The notes: generated by a model not told the origin, from the sequence alone. DNA of 64,000 bases from Bacteroidales bacterium UBA5429 (GCA_002427605.1 DIRT01000020.1:10013-74012), one strand, 5' to 3'; shown: positions 29,188 to 38,199, numbered from the stretch's first letter. Numbers and translations are program-made.

Positions 29188-29732
29188 TTTAGAATTTAGA
29201 AATTAGAATTTAGAAATTAAAATTTGGAATTTAGAATTGTTGATTCAGTTATTTTAGAGCTAAAACTCTGATAATCAGATTTATAAATTCGCAATCCGAA
29301 ATCATTTTGTCTTTATTTTATGTTTCTTATTTGGAAATAAAAAAAATGGGGGGCAGGAAAGGTGTACCTCTTTTGTTATTTTAACTCCCCTCCTCTGGAA
29401 GAAGGAGGGGTGCCCGAAGGGCGGGGTGGTCTATGGAATATTCTGCCTTTTGGACAAATTGTGTATTGAAAACGTTGATTATCAGAGAAATGAAAATACG
29501 ATACACATGGTCATGAAAACGCAATGCATTGCGTCTCTACAGCCATTTTTACGACCATTTTCACAACCATTTTCATTGTTTTATTTTCCCCGGACAGATC
29601 GCGACCTGTCCCTACAATAATCGCATTCAATTCAATTTTTCGGTTCCGTAATTCGTAATTTGTAATTCGTAATTGGATTCCTTCCGCCTTCCGCCCTCCG
29701 CCTTCCGCCTTTTTTATTCTTCCTTCTTCCTT
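29188..29732. repeat. mosaic intergenic repeat block, colinear with 8836..9463
   Basis: Components:
- TTTAGAA-type x7 at 29188..29236
- G-run module at 29333..29425
- half palindrome at 29517..29542
- GGACAGATCGCGACCTGTCC at 29592..29611
- CGTAATT x4 at 29647..29674
- CCGCCTT x4 at 29684..29711. Confidence 0.9.
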
Positions 29733-29769
29733 AAAAAAAGAGCTGCCTCGCAATAAGACAGCTCTTTTT
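29733..29769 (-). terminator. rho-independent terminator of rpmH
   Basis: Stem AGAGCTG (29739..29745) pairs with CAGCTCT (29759..29765) around a 13-nt loop, followed by a U-run on the minus strand. Confidence 0.7.
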
Positions 29770-29791
29770 CTACCTATAAAAAAATTAAATG

Positions 29792-29950
29792 CTATTTTTT
29801 ACCCATTGTTTCGTCAGAAACGGTCAATTTTTTTCTTCCTTTGGCACGACGTGCAGCCAAAATTTTACGACCATTTGCAGTAGCCATTCTTTCTCTAAAT
29901 CCATGTTTATTTTTGCGTCTTCTGTTCGAAGGTTGATAGGTCCTTTTCAT
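29792..29950 (-). CDS. rpmH: 50S ribosomal protein L34
   Basis: Own translation: [52 protein letters not shown] (52 aa). It falls below the ORF-track length cutoff. Confidence 0.95.
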   Translation of the reverse strand: MKRTYQPSNRRRKNKHGFRERMATANGRKILAARRAKGRKKLTVSDETMGKK

Positions 29951-30001
29951 TGCTATTCAATTATTTTATTGTTCTATTATAATCCTCAAAAATTTTGGCT
30001 G

Positions 30002-30009
30002 CAAAGATA
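30002..30009 (-). promoter_or_regulatory. -7 box TATCTTTG for rpmH
   Basis: 52 nt upstream of ATG 29950. Confidence 0.6.
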
Positions 30010-30019
30010 CAACAATTTT

Positions 30020-30727
30020 TTATAACTGCAACCCATTTTCAGTTAAAAATTTCTGAATCAGTAATTTTGGCGTTTTTACTGATTTCTGTAGCCATTCAAA
30101 GTAGAGCTCCTCTTTTTCTTCTTCACTTAATCTCCAATTTATTGTAGATTTTCTTAATTTTTCCGCTAAAAATGATAAAATAATAGCAACAGAATTGGAG
30201 ATATTAAAGCTGGTGGTGAATCCATACATGGGGATTTTTACAGTTTGGTCAGCCAACTGTATTGCCTCAGGTGATAATCCTGTCAGTTCCGTCCCGAATA
30301 ATAAAGCAATCGGTTGCTCTATCGGTAACTCTTCCAAATAACAACTATCTTCGTCGGGAAGGGTGGCAACAACAGAATACCCTTTCTTTTTTAGTTGCCG
30401 GATGCAGTTTGCAATGTCAGATTTTCCATCAACGGCAGGATAATGGTAATGGGTTAACCACTTGTCGGCACCCATGGTGATAGCAGTATGAACGGAAAAT
30501 GGGTTTTCGGCTTCAACAATGTGGATATCCTGAACCCCCAGACAATCACAGCTGCGCATAACGGCACTGATGTTTTGGGTTTGAAACAGGTCTTCAACTA
30601 CAACTGTGACATGACGAGTGCGCTCATTTAAAACCTGAATGAGTCTATCTTTTCGATTATCAGTCAAAAAAGACTCCAAATATGCAGAAGTTTGAAGAAG
30701 AGTCTCTCTATTTTTGATTTTTTTCAT
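30020..30727 (-). CDS. trmH: SpoU/TrmH-family RNA 2'-O-methyltransferase
   Basis: SpoU motifs (NISAVMRSCD, LLFGTELTGLS, IPMYGFTTSFNISNSVAI). The start was moved to MKKIKNRE (30727) because the hup terminator covers the longer ORF. Confidence 0.8.
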   Translation of the reverse strand: MKKIKNRETLLQTSAYLESFLTDNRKDRLIQVLNERTRHVTVVVEDLFQTQNISAVMRSCDCLGVQDIHIVEAENPFSVHTAITMGADKWLTHYHYPAVDGKSDIANCIRQLKKKGYSVVATLPDEDSCYLEELPIEQPIALLFGTELTGLSPEAIQLADQTVKIPMYGFTTSFNISNSVAIILSFLAEKLRKSTINWRLSEEEKEELYFEWLQKSVKTPKLLIQKFLTENGLQL

Positions 30728-30735
30728 TTTTCCAA

Positions 30736-30758
30736 TAAAAAAAGCCCGCAAGGGCTTT
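30736..30758 (-). terminator. rho-independent terminator of hup
   Basis: AAAGCCC-GCAA-GGGCTTT hairpin followed by a U-run on the minus strand. Confidence 0.75.
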
Positions 30759-30781
30759 TAAAGATCTTTAAAAGTTAAAGA

Positions 30782-31051
30782 CTAAAGTGAGTCTGAAAGT
30801 TCAGCACTGGGTCTGAATTTAACAACATTCTTTGCTGGAATTTCCATCTCTTTCTTAGTTTGTGGATTTCTTCCTTTTCTTGCTGCTCTTTTAACTACAT
30901 TGAAAGATCCAAATCCAACTAAAGAAACTTTGTCTCCTTGTTGTAATGCTTCCGCAGTGGATTCAACAATAGCTTCAACAGCGGCTTTAGCTTGAACTTT
31001 TGTTAACCCTGTTTTTTCAGCAACTGCTCCAATTAATTCTGCTTTGTTCAT
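30782..31051 (-). CDS. hup: HU-family DNA-binding protein
   Basis: MNKAELI...GFGSF...RKGRNPQT is the HU signature. Confidence 0.95.
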   Translation of the reverse strand: MNKAELIGAVAEKTGLTKVQAKAAVEAIVESTAEALQQGDKVSLVGFGSFNVVKRAARKGRNPQTKKEMEIPAKNVVKFRPSAELSDSL

Positions 31052-31092
31052 AGGTTTAATTTTTTATGTTACTAGATATATTTCTATAAATG

Positions 31093-31100
31093 CAAATTTA
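31093..31100 (-). promoter_or_regulatory. -7 box TAAATTTG for hup
   Basis: 42 nt upstream of ATG 31051. Confidence 0.6.
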
Positions 31101-31194
31101 ATAAATATTTTCAAACAATGGGCAAATTAATTGAAAAGTTAATAAACAAACCAAAAATGTTCATTCAAATAAAAAAATAGACCAAAATAGTACA

Positions 31195-32148
31195 CTAAAA
31201 TAGATTTAAAGTGTAATTTTCGAATCGAAAACCTTGCAAAAAAGTCTCGATTTTCATCCTGGATTTCCCCTGAAATTGCACTTCTAGTAGAGAAATTTGC
31301 ATTTTTTTGCAGGAAATGATCATAAATTGTTTCCCATCTGTATGGATATAACCGGGAGGAAATTCGCTATCTTGCTCTATTATTACAGATTTATAACATT
31401 TCAAAGTGAGTACCTCGCCATCCTTTTTTTGGATTCTTGTGTAGGCTCCGGGGTAGGGTGACAAACCTCTGATTAAGTTATGAACCTGATCGGCAGGCAA
31501 GTCCCAATTGATCAGTTGATGCTCTCTTTTTAATTTTGGGGCACTCTTTAAATTGAGGTTTTGATACTGAGTTTGAGGTATCGGTTTTAGAGTTTGTTTT
31601 TCAATTTTTTCGATGGTTTCAATGGTGAGCTCTGCTCCCAATGCCATTAATCTTTCATATAATTCGCCGGTTGTTTCATTTTCCCCGATCGAAACCTCTT
31701 TAAAGTCGATAATATCTCCTTCATCCATTTTGTGATTGATAAAAAAGGAGGTTACTCCTGTTTTGGTTTCACCGTTGATGACCGCCCAATGAATCGGTGC
31801 GGCACCGCGATAGTTGGGAAGTAAAGAACCATGAATATTGAATGTTCCAAATCGTGGAATTTCAAAAACTTCCGGAGGCAACATTCTAAATGCGATGACA
31901 ATGTAGAGATCAGCATTGAGTTCTTTCAGATGCTCAATAAAAGCGGGATCCTTTAAGTTTTCAGGCTGTAAAACCGGAATTTGATGCTCCAAAGCAAACT
32001 TTTTTACATCGGAGTATTGCAATTTCAATCCTCTCCCTGCCGGTTTGTCGGGGGCTGTAACCACAGCCAAAAGCTCATGTTCAGACTCCAACACCTTAGC
32101 CAAACTTGCGACAGCAAATTCAGGTGTACCCCAAAAAATAAGTTTCAT
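31195..32148 (-). CDS. fmt: methionyl-tRNA formyltransferase
   Basis: FWGTPEFA..., HGSLLPNYRGAAPI. TAATG junction with ribH. Confidence 0.93.
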   Translation of the reverse strand: MKLIFWGTPEFAVASLAKVLESEHELLAVVTAPDKPAGRGLKLQYSDVKKFALEHQIPVLQPENLKDPAFIEHLKELNADLYIVIAFRMLPPEVFEIPRFGTFNIHGSLLPNYRGAAPIHWAVINGETKTGVTSFFINHKMDEGDIIDFKEVSIGENETTGELYERLMALGAELTIETIEKIEKQTLKPIPQTQYQNLNLKSAPKLKREHQLINWDLPADQVHNLIRGLSPYPGAYTRIQKKDGEVLTLKCYKSVIIEQDSEFPPGYIHTDGKQFMIISCKKMQISLLEVQFQGKSRMKIETFLQGFRFENYTLNLF

Positions 32149-32633
32149 TATCGTTTGAGATTTCTTTGCAGATTAATCATTTTAAGCACGGTGGCAGCAG
32201 CTTCTACTCCTTTATTGCCATGTTTTCCACCGGAACGATCCAGAGCTTGTTCCATTGTATCACAGGTTAAAACGCCAAATACTACAGGAACACCATAATC
32301 CAATCCGACACGCATAACGCCGTCAGCAACGGATTGAGAAATAAATTCAAAATGTCTGGTTTCTCCCTGGATTACACAGCCCAAACAGATTACTCCATCC
32401 ATTTTTTCGTTTTCATCCAACATCATTCCGGCTCCCAAAGGCAATTCAAAACTACCGGGTACATAATGGGTGATAATCTCTTTTTGGGTCACTCCTTGCT
32501 CCAGTAAAAAGGAAACAGCTCCCTCTTTTAATGCTTCTGTAACTTGTTCATTCCACTCGCTGACTACAATTCCAATACAGATTGGACGAGGTACAGGAAT
32601 GGAAGATTGAGCAGAAAGATTGGTTTTTTTCAT
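32148..32633 (-). CDS. ribH: 6,7-dimethyl-8-ribityllumazine synthase
   Basis: VPGSFELP...GCVIQGETRHFEF...GVLT motifs. Confidence 0.93.
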   Translation of the reverse strand: MKKTNLSAQSSIPVPRPICIGIVVSEWNEQVTEALKEGAVSFLLEQGVTQKEIITHYVPGSFELPLGAGMMLDENEKMDGVICLGCVIQGETRHFEFISQSVADGVMRVGLDYGVPVVFGVLTCDTMEQALDRSGGKHGNKGVEAAATVLKMINLQRNLKR

Positions 32634-32635
32634 TA

Positions 32636-33340
32636 TTAATCCAATTTACCTTTAGCACGATCAATAAAACGCTCTATACCCATTTTTTCATACTCATCAT
32701 AATAATCTTTCTCAATTTGATTATAGGCATTGAGTGCTTTTTCCCATTTCTCTTCTCTTTCATACAGTTGACCTAATTTGAAAAGAGTAACAGGAGTTAC
32801 GTATGGGTTATGGCTGGCTTTAACTGATTTTTCGTAATGTTTGATCGCTTTTTCGGGTTGCTCCAAATCATCATAAATATCACCAATAAGAGCTTGACAT
32901 TCTGCCCAGTAGATATCCTCTTTACGTTTGAATTTCAAAAGGTAATTCAATGCTTCCTCTTTATCATTCAACTTAAAATAACAAATACCGGCGTAATATC
33001 TGGCTATATTGGCAGTTCTGGTGATTTTATAGGATTCAATGATAGAAAGGAACCCATCCATATCATCATCTCCCTCTAAAGCAAGCATAACAGAAGCTGA
33101 ATCACCCTTCATCATTTCATCTATCGGTTTTAGGATTAACAGAGATGCTTTTTCAGTCTGTTTTTGCAAATAAAATCTATTAAATGCTAAAATGCCAATA
33201 ATTACAACGAGTATTGCAATAATTGCTCCGTAAATAAATTTATTATATTTGGTGAAAAATAGAATTGTTTTGCTTACAAAAGTCTCTTTTTTTTGAACGT
33301 CATCATCTTTTTTTGCGCCCACTTTTTCCTTCTTTGCCAT
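32636..33340 (-). CDS. membrane-anchored TPR-repeat protein
   Basis: One TM followed by TPR-like repeats (YYAGICYFKLNDKEEALNY..., AIKHYEKS..., ALNAYNQI...). Confidence 0.65.
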   Translation of the reverse strand: MAKKEKVGAKKDDDVQKKETFVSKTILFFTKYNKFIYGAIIAILVVIIGILAFNRFYLQKQTEKASLLILKPIDEMMKGDSASVMLALEGDDDMDGFLSIIESYKITRTANIARYYAGICYFKLNDKEEALNYLLKFKRKEDIYWAECQALIGDIYDDLEQPEKAIKHYEKSVKASHNPYVTPVTLFKLGQLYEREEKWEKALNAYNQIEKDYYDEYEKMGIERFIDRAKGKLD

Positions 33341-33369
33341 ATTAATTTATTTTTAGATTTTTCAAACCG

Positions 33370-33377
33370 CAAAGATA
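33370..33377 (-). promoter_or_regulatory. -7 box TATCTTTG
   Basis: 30 nt upstream of ATG 33340. Confidence 0.6.
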
Positions 33378-33427
33378 ATAATAATTTTCTAATTTTATGA
33401 ATCAAAGATTGATAAAATTAAATCAAC

Positions 33428-34189
33428 TTACTTTTCCATCCTTTTATTTAGCTCAAAGAGTACCTGATCTGTGATCTCTCTGCTGGGATCAGCTAAAATT
33501 AAAAAAGGACTTCCTGTTTGATAAGTTAACACAAAAGAGGCATTTCTTTCCTGATTGATTTGCTGGATAACAACCTGAAGTGAGTCATACAATTGAGTTA
33601 TCGCAGCTGCTTGTCTGCTTTGTAAATCACTAAAAACACGTTCTTTAGATAGCTCTAACTGTTCATATTCCTGTTGCAACTGTTGTTGTGCATTTTCAAT
33701 TTGAATAGCCGTCAAAACACCACTCTGATAATTTTCCTGAAATTGTGCATATTTTTTCTGGAAAGCAGCTTCTTTATTGGAAAAAATCGTCTCTTGTTTT
33801 TTTAACTCCGCCTGAATATCATCAGTTAAGATTTTAATTAATTTGTAATTCTCATTGATGGTATCCAAATTGACGTACAACACCTCTCCGGAACCGGGTT
33901 TTCCTTCAAAAACCTTGGGAACAAATTTTTCCTCCTTGGGTTTTATAAAATGAAGAATAAAAAGGATGATAACAGCAATACCTAACAAGATGTTAAAGAT
34001 CGTTTGCAGTCGGTATCTGCAATGGGCTTTCTTTTCTGTTTCATCACATGATGTTTCATCGCATGATTCCTTTTCAGTTGGTTGCTTTTCAACCGGCAAC
34101 TCTTCACAAGATTTCACTTCTGTTGGTTCAATTTGAACTTCTGTTGCTTCTTCTTGATGTTCAATGTTTTTTTCTTCTAACTCGCTCAT
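33428..34189 (-). CDS. OmpH/Skp-like chaperone with an acidic, Cys-containing N-terminal extension and a TM anchor
   Basis: The C-terminal ~150 aa form a Q/E-rich coiled coil with Skp-like ends (LYVNLDTI..., FVLTYQ). Confidence 0.6.
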   Translation of the reverse strand: MSELEEKNIEHQEEATEVQIEPTEVKSCEELPVEKQPTEKESCDETSCDETEKKAHCRYRLQTIFNILLGIAVIILFILHFIKPKEEKFVPKVFEGKPGSGEVLYVNLDTINENYKLIKILTDDIQAELKKQETIFSNKEAAFQKKYAQFQENYQSGVLTAIQIENAQQQLQQEYEQLELSKERVFSDLQSRQAAAITQLYDSLQVVIQQINQERNASFVLTYQTGSPFLILADPSREITDQVLFELNKRMEK

Positions 34190-34206
34190 CTTTTTTTATT
34201 TTTAAG

Positions 34207-36681
34207 TTATAATTTTTCAATATAAATAGTTTCAATTCGACTTCTAAAATCCCGGATAGACTCATTGGGAAGCGGGAGTACGGAGGGAAGCACTTCCAAC
34301 TCAATTTTGGATAAAAATCTTGGAATTCTGATACTTCTGTAAGTTGCACGTTCCGATCCTGTGATTAAAACAGGGATTACCGGAATCTGATGCTCCACAC
34401 TTAGTATGGCAAAGGCTTCACGGAACTCCTTCAATTTCTTATCTTTACCACGCGTACCTTCAGGGAAAATAATCACATTTTTGCCTTGCTTTAACACTTT
34501 TGACATCTGCTGTAGAGATTTACGGATGTTGGTATTGACATCCATGATAATAATGTTACTGCGAATAGCCAAAAAACGAGTTAATCGATTCCTGAAATGT
34601 TTGGCTTTGGCAAAAAAGAAGCTCTTTTTAGTAGTTTTCCATCTCAGTTTTGAAGTGATAAACACACCATCAAAGGCACTTCTGTGGTTGCCGATGATGA
34701 TGCAAGGGGAATCGGGAATATTTTCCAATCCTTTGGCACGGTATCTGTAAAAAATGTGAAATCCGATCCGTATAATGCGATCTAATATCCAGTGTAACGT
34801 ACTTGATTTGGGCAAATGCAGCTCCTCTAGTTTGTGATCCAGAATCTCCTTCCAGGAAATATTAGAATTTTGGGGAGCTGATGCGTGTTCCTCAAGATAT
34901 TGCGTTAATTTATTGAGTGAAGAATACTCATCCAGTTGATTTTCAGGGATAAAAACGCCAAAAACGGTTTCGATATAAGCAATCAAAGCGACCCGATTGA
35001 GTGAATCCATCCCTAAGTCGAGCTCAAAATGGTCATCCCCATGAGCCGTTTTTTCACTCTCTTTTTCAATAAACTGTTTCAGTAATTGATATGTTTCGCT
35101 CCGATTTTCTTCTTTTTCTTCTCTTTTTTGATTAGAAATATTAGGGGGGAGGTAATTCAGTAGCAGGTGGCGCTGTATTTTGCCCAATCGGGTTCTGGGT
35201 AACTCCCGGGAAATGATGTGGAACTGTTTGATCTTTTTGTAGGACATAGCTCCTTTATTGAATTGAGCAAACTCCTCCCTCAAAAGAGCCTCAGCTGTTT
35301 GTCCGGTGTGTAATCGGACATAATCCATGTTGGGAACAACAAGAGCTTGCAGCATATCATCCATAAGGATAACCGCTATCTCTTTGATTACTTTGGATTT
35401 TTCCAAAATCTCAAATTCCAACTCTACCGGATTGATATTTTTTCCATTGGAAGTAACCAGAATCTCCTTGATTCTTCCGGTTATTTTGAGTCCATTCTTG
35501 TCTAAGATGCCCAAATCTCCGGTATGAAGCCAACCATCCTTCAAAACTTCAGCAGTCTCTTCAGGACGATTATAATAACCCAACATAACATTGGGTCCTT
35601 TAACCAAAATCTCCCCTTCATCAGAAAAGGTAAGCTCTAATCCGTGTAGCAATTCTCCGGAGTACCCGATTTTATCCCGATTTGGACGAGTAAAGCTGAT
35701 CATCGGTGCGCATTCTGTCATCCCATAACCTGTGAGGACGGAAAATCCTAAAGTTTTATAAATTTGAGCCACTTCATCCGAAAGTGCAGCACCTCCGCAA
35801 ACCAGATGTTCGATATATCCCCCCATTTTTTGATGCACTGCTTTGAATAATTTTTTGGACAGAGTTCTGCTTCCAATAGCTCCTGCCAACTTGTACATCA
35901 ATTTAGCAATAGTGGAACTGTTGATTTTGTTCATGATTCCCTTCGCCAGTGCTTCATACAGTTTGGGAACCCCAACAATAAACACGATTTTTCCCTCCTT
36001 CAGGGTTTTCATAATCGATTCAGCATTCAGTCCTTCAGCGATATAGACAGTACCTCCTACATACATCGGTGCAAGTAGCGTTCCGATAAAGGGAAAACTG
36101 TGATGCAATGGCAATAAAACCATCATATTGATGTCCGGTTTATAAATGGGGACATCTTCACTTACCGCTCTGATATTGTAGAGTATATTTTGATAACTGA
36201 GCATCACTCCTTTAGGAGTTCCGGTTGTACCCGAAGTGTATATGATTGCTAACAGCTGACGCTCATCTTTGATCGGAAAGATCGGAGTCTCTGTCGAAGA
36301 GGGATCCACTTCCGGGATATCTTCAGCTGAGTATATGCTGTATTCATAAGTGGTAACTGTGGAGAGTGCGTTGAATAAAGTTCCCCCCTTATTTTTTGAA
36401 ATAAAAAAAATATCAGGCTTACAATCTTCAATAATAAAAGCAAGTTCCTTTTCGGTAGAGGTAATATCTACAGGGACTACCGCAGCGTCACAAAGAAGCG
36501 CTCCGTAAGTAGCGAAAAAATATTCGGGAGAATTATCGGCGAAAATGAGAACCTTTTTAGGTTGCACTCCATTTTTTCTAAAGTACTGACTATATTGATG
36601 TGCATTTTGTAAAACTTGAGTAAAGGAGTAGCTCCTGTTTTTGTACACAATCGCTTGTTTATCACTAGGTTGTATGAGCAT
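34207..36681 (-). CDS. tri-domain acyl-AMP ligase / carrier protein / lysophospholipid acyltransferase (PlsC-like)
   Basis: Adenylation motifs IYTSGTTGTPKGVML, GYGMTE, TGDLG and LPRTRLGKIQRH. Carrier motif LGMDSLNRV. Acyltransferase motifs NHRSAFDG (HX4D) and FPEGTRG. The start was set at MLIQPSDK (36681), behind the -7 box. Confidence 0.85.
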   Translation of the reverse strand: MLIQPSDKQAIVYKNRSYSFTQVLQNAHQYSQYFRKNGVQPKKVLIFADNSPEYFFATYGALLCDAAVVPVDITSTEKELAFIIEDCKPDIFFISKNKGGTLFNALSTVTTYEYSIYSAEDIPEVDPSSTETPIFPIKDERQLLAIIYTSGTTGTPKGVMLSYQNILYNIRAVSEDVPIYKPDINMMVLLPLHHSFPFIGTLLAPMYVGGTVYIAEGLNAESIMKTLKEGKIVFIVGVPKLYEALAKGIMNKINSSTIAKLMYKLAGAIGSRTLSKKLFKAVHQKMGGYIEHLVCGGAALSDEVAQIYKTLGFSVLTGYGMTECAPMISFTRPNRDKIGYSGELLHGLELTFSDEGEILVKGPNVMLGYYNRPEETAEVLKDGWLHTGDLGILDKNGLKITGRIKEILVTSNGKNINPVELEFEILEKSKVIKEIAVILMDDMLQALVVPNMDYVRLHTGQTAEALLREEFAQFNKGAMSYKKIKQFHIISRELPRTRLGKIQRHLLLNYLPPNISNQKREEKEENRSETYQLLKQFIEKESEKTAHGDDHFELDLGMDSLNRVALIAYIETVFGVFIPENQLDEYSSLNKLTQYLEEHASAPQNSNISWKEILDHKLEELHLPKSSTLHWILDRIIRIGFHIFYRYRAKGLENIPDSPCIIIGNHRSAFDGVFITSKLRWKTTKKSFFFAKAKHFRNRLTRFLAIRSNIIIMDVNTNIRKSLQQMSKVLKQGKNVIIFPEGTRGKDKKLKEFREAFAILSVEHQIPVIPVLITGSERATYRSIRIPRFLSKIELEVLPSVLPLPNESIRDFRSRIETIYIEKL

Positions 36682-36691
36682 ATGAAATAAA

Positions 36692-36722
36692 AAAAGTTCG
36701 TGGCAAAGATACACGAACTTTT
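36692..36722 (-). terminator. 11-bp perfect hairpin terminator after the porin gene
   Basis: AAAAGTTCGTG (36692..36702) pairs with CACGAACTTTT (36712..36722) around a 9-nt loop, followed by a U-run on the minus strand. Confidence 0.7.
36704..36711 (-). promoter_or_regulatory. -7 box TATCTTTG embedded in the terminator loop
   Basis: TAnnTTTG, 23 nt upstream of ATG 36681. Confidence 0.55.
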
Positions 36723-36744
36723 TGAAATAGATTAATATATTATG

Positions 36745-38199
36745 TTACAGTTTCCATCCGATTGTTCCGACAATAGATTGAGATTTAAATTGTTGCTCTA
36801 CCGGATTTACAAATTCGTGGTTATATAACCAGTATTTTTGTGATTGGTTACTAATAACGAAAGCAAAGTCAGCAAAAAAGACTTTCCCTCTAAATCCTAC
36901 TCCTATGGATCCGGTGGTAAAAGAACCATCATTGATGTTGTTTTTGTAGGGCGATGAAGTGTATGAAAATCCACCGCGAACCAGGAAGTTTTCTACCAAA
37001 TAAACCTCTGCTCCCAAGCGAATTGAGTGTGTTCCTTGATAGCTCTCTCTGATATTTTTATTTTCTTCTTTAAAAGTATAACTGTTTGAGCCCCAGCTAC
37101 CCATTTCCATAGTGGAGTAATCAGTGTACTCATATTCGGCACTAATAAAACCTCTGCTTAGGATTAAAAATGCCAGGTTACCCATGTAACGCATGGGGGT
37201 AATCAGTTGGTAGTTATAGTCATTGGTATAGTTGACAACAACATTGGAAGTATCCAGTATAGCAACCATCTCTCTTTCCAAAACATCGTGAATGTTTTTG
37301 TACAAGGTTGGGGTGTGAATGGCTGCTCCAACTCTTAAAAATGAAACAGGCTGGTAAAGTAATCCCAATTTTAAATTAACTCCGGTTGAGCTGACATCGA
37401 GGCGGTCATTAACGTAGAAAGACTGAATCTGGTCTGCTACATTGAGATCGTCACTTTCTTTGTATTTTCTTTCTTCGAGATAGGATAAAAATGGAACCCC
37501 TAAAGTGGCACCCAAATACAACTTATCATCATAGTTACCTCCAAAAGAAAAGCTCAACTCATTGACCCTTCCACTGGTATATACTGTGCTGCTTTGAAGA
37601 AAATCTTTGCCTGCATGAGGTGCAATATATTCGGTATTATCCGCTGTGTTATGAACAGGATCAATCAAATATGCCTGATATGCAAAGTATTGTTCCCTAG
37701 GGAAATTATCATATAATAATCCATTGGCACGCGACGCAAAATCTAGAGCCATAGTACTTCCGTTGCTTCTTCCTTCAATGGAGAACTTGTTGCCAAAATT
37801 CATGATTTGGTTAAACCCAATCCCAAATTGAGTTCTTTTCCATTTGCTCTCTCCGGGATTTTTGATGGAGAATACAGCACCGAAGTGTGAAAAATTACTC
37901 TTAAAAAGAGTTGAAGGGGTGTACTCTTCATTATATCTACTGTCTGAGCGGTAGATTGAGAAAGAGAGTGGCGTAAAAGAGATTTCATTCTTTTTAAATA
38001 AACCAATGGAAGCAGGGTTGGTACTCAATGCAGAGAAATCAGCTCCAACAGCACCAAATGCACCACCGGCACCTAAAAAACGAGCTGTTCCACCCCATCT
38101 GTATTGCGAAAACCGTAAGGCATCTACTTCGTTTTGCCCAAATGTGTACGAAGTGAGTAGCCCTATCGATAAAATGATTAATAGTTGTTTAATTTTCAT
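36745..38199 (-). CDS. outer-membrane beta-barrel, FadL/PorV-like transport protein
   Basis: Signal peptide, N-terminal DALRFSQ...GTARFLGAGGAFGAVGADFSALSTNPAS motif, alternating beta-strand pattern, and a terminal aromatic (GWKL). Confidence 0.55.
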   Translation of the reverse strand: MKIKQLLIILSIGLLTSYTFGQNEVDALRFSQYRWGGTARFLGAGGAFGAVGADFSALSTNPASIGLFKKNEISFTPLSFSIYRSDSRYNEEYTPSTLFKSNFSHFGAVFSIKNPGESKWKRTQFGIGFNQIMNFGNKFSIEGRSNGSTMALDFASRANGLLYDNFPREQYFAYQAYLIDPVHNTADNTEYIAPHAGKDFLQSSTVYTSGRVNELSFSFGGNYDDKLYLGATLGVPFLSYLEERKYKESDDLNVADQIQSFYVNDRLDVSSTGVNLKLGLLYQPVSFLRVGAAIHTPTLYKNIHDVLEREMVAILDTSNVVVNYTNDYNYQLITPMRYMGNLAFLILSRGFISAEYEYTDYSTMEMGSWGSNSYTFKEENKNIRESYQGTHSIRLGAEVYLVENFLVRGGFSYTSSPYKNNINDGSFTTGSIGVGFRGKVFFADFAFVISNQSQKYWLYNHEFVNPVEQQFKSQSIVGTIGWKL

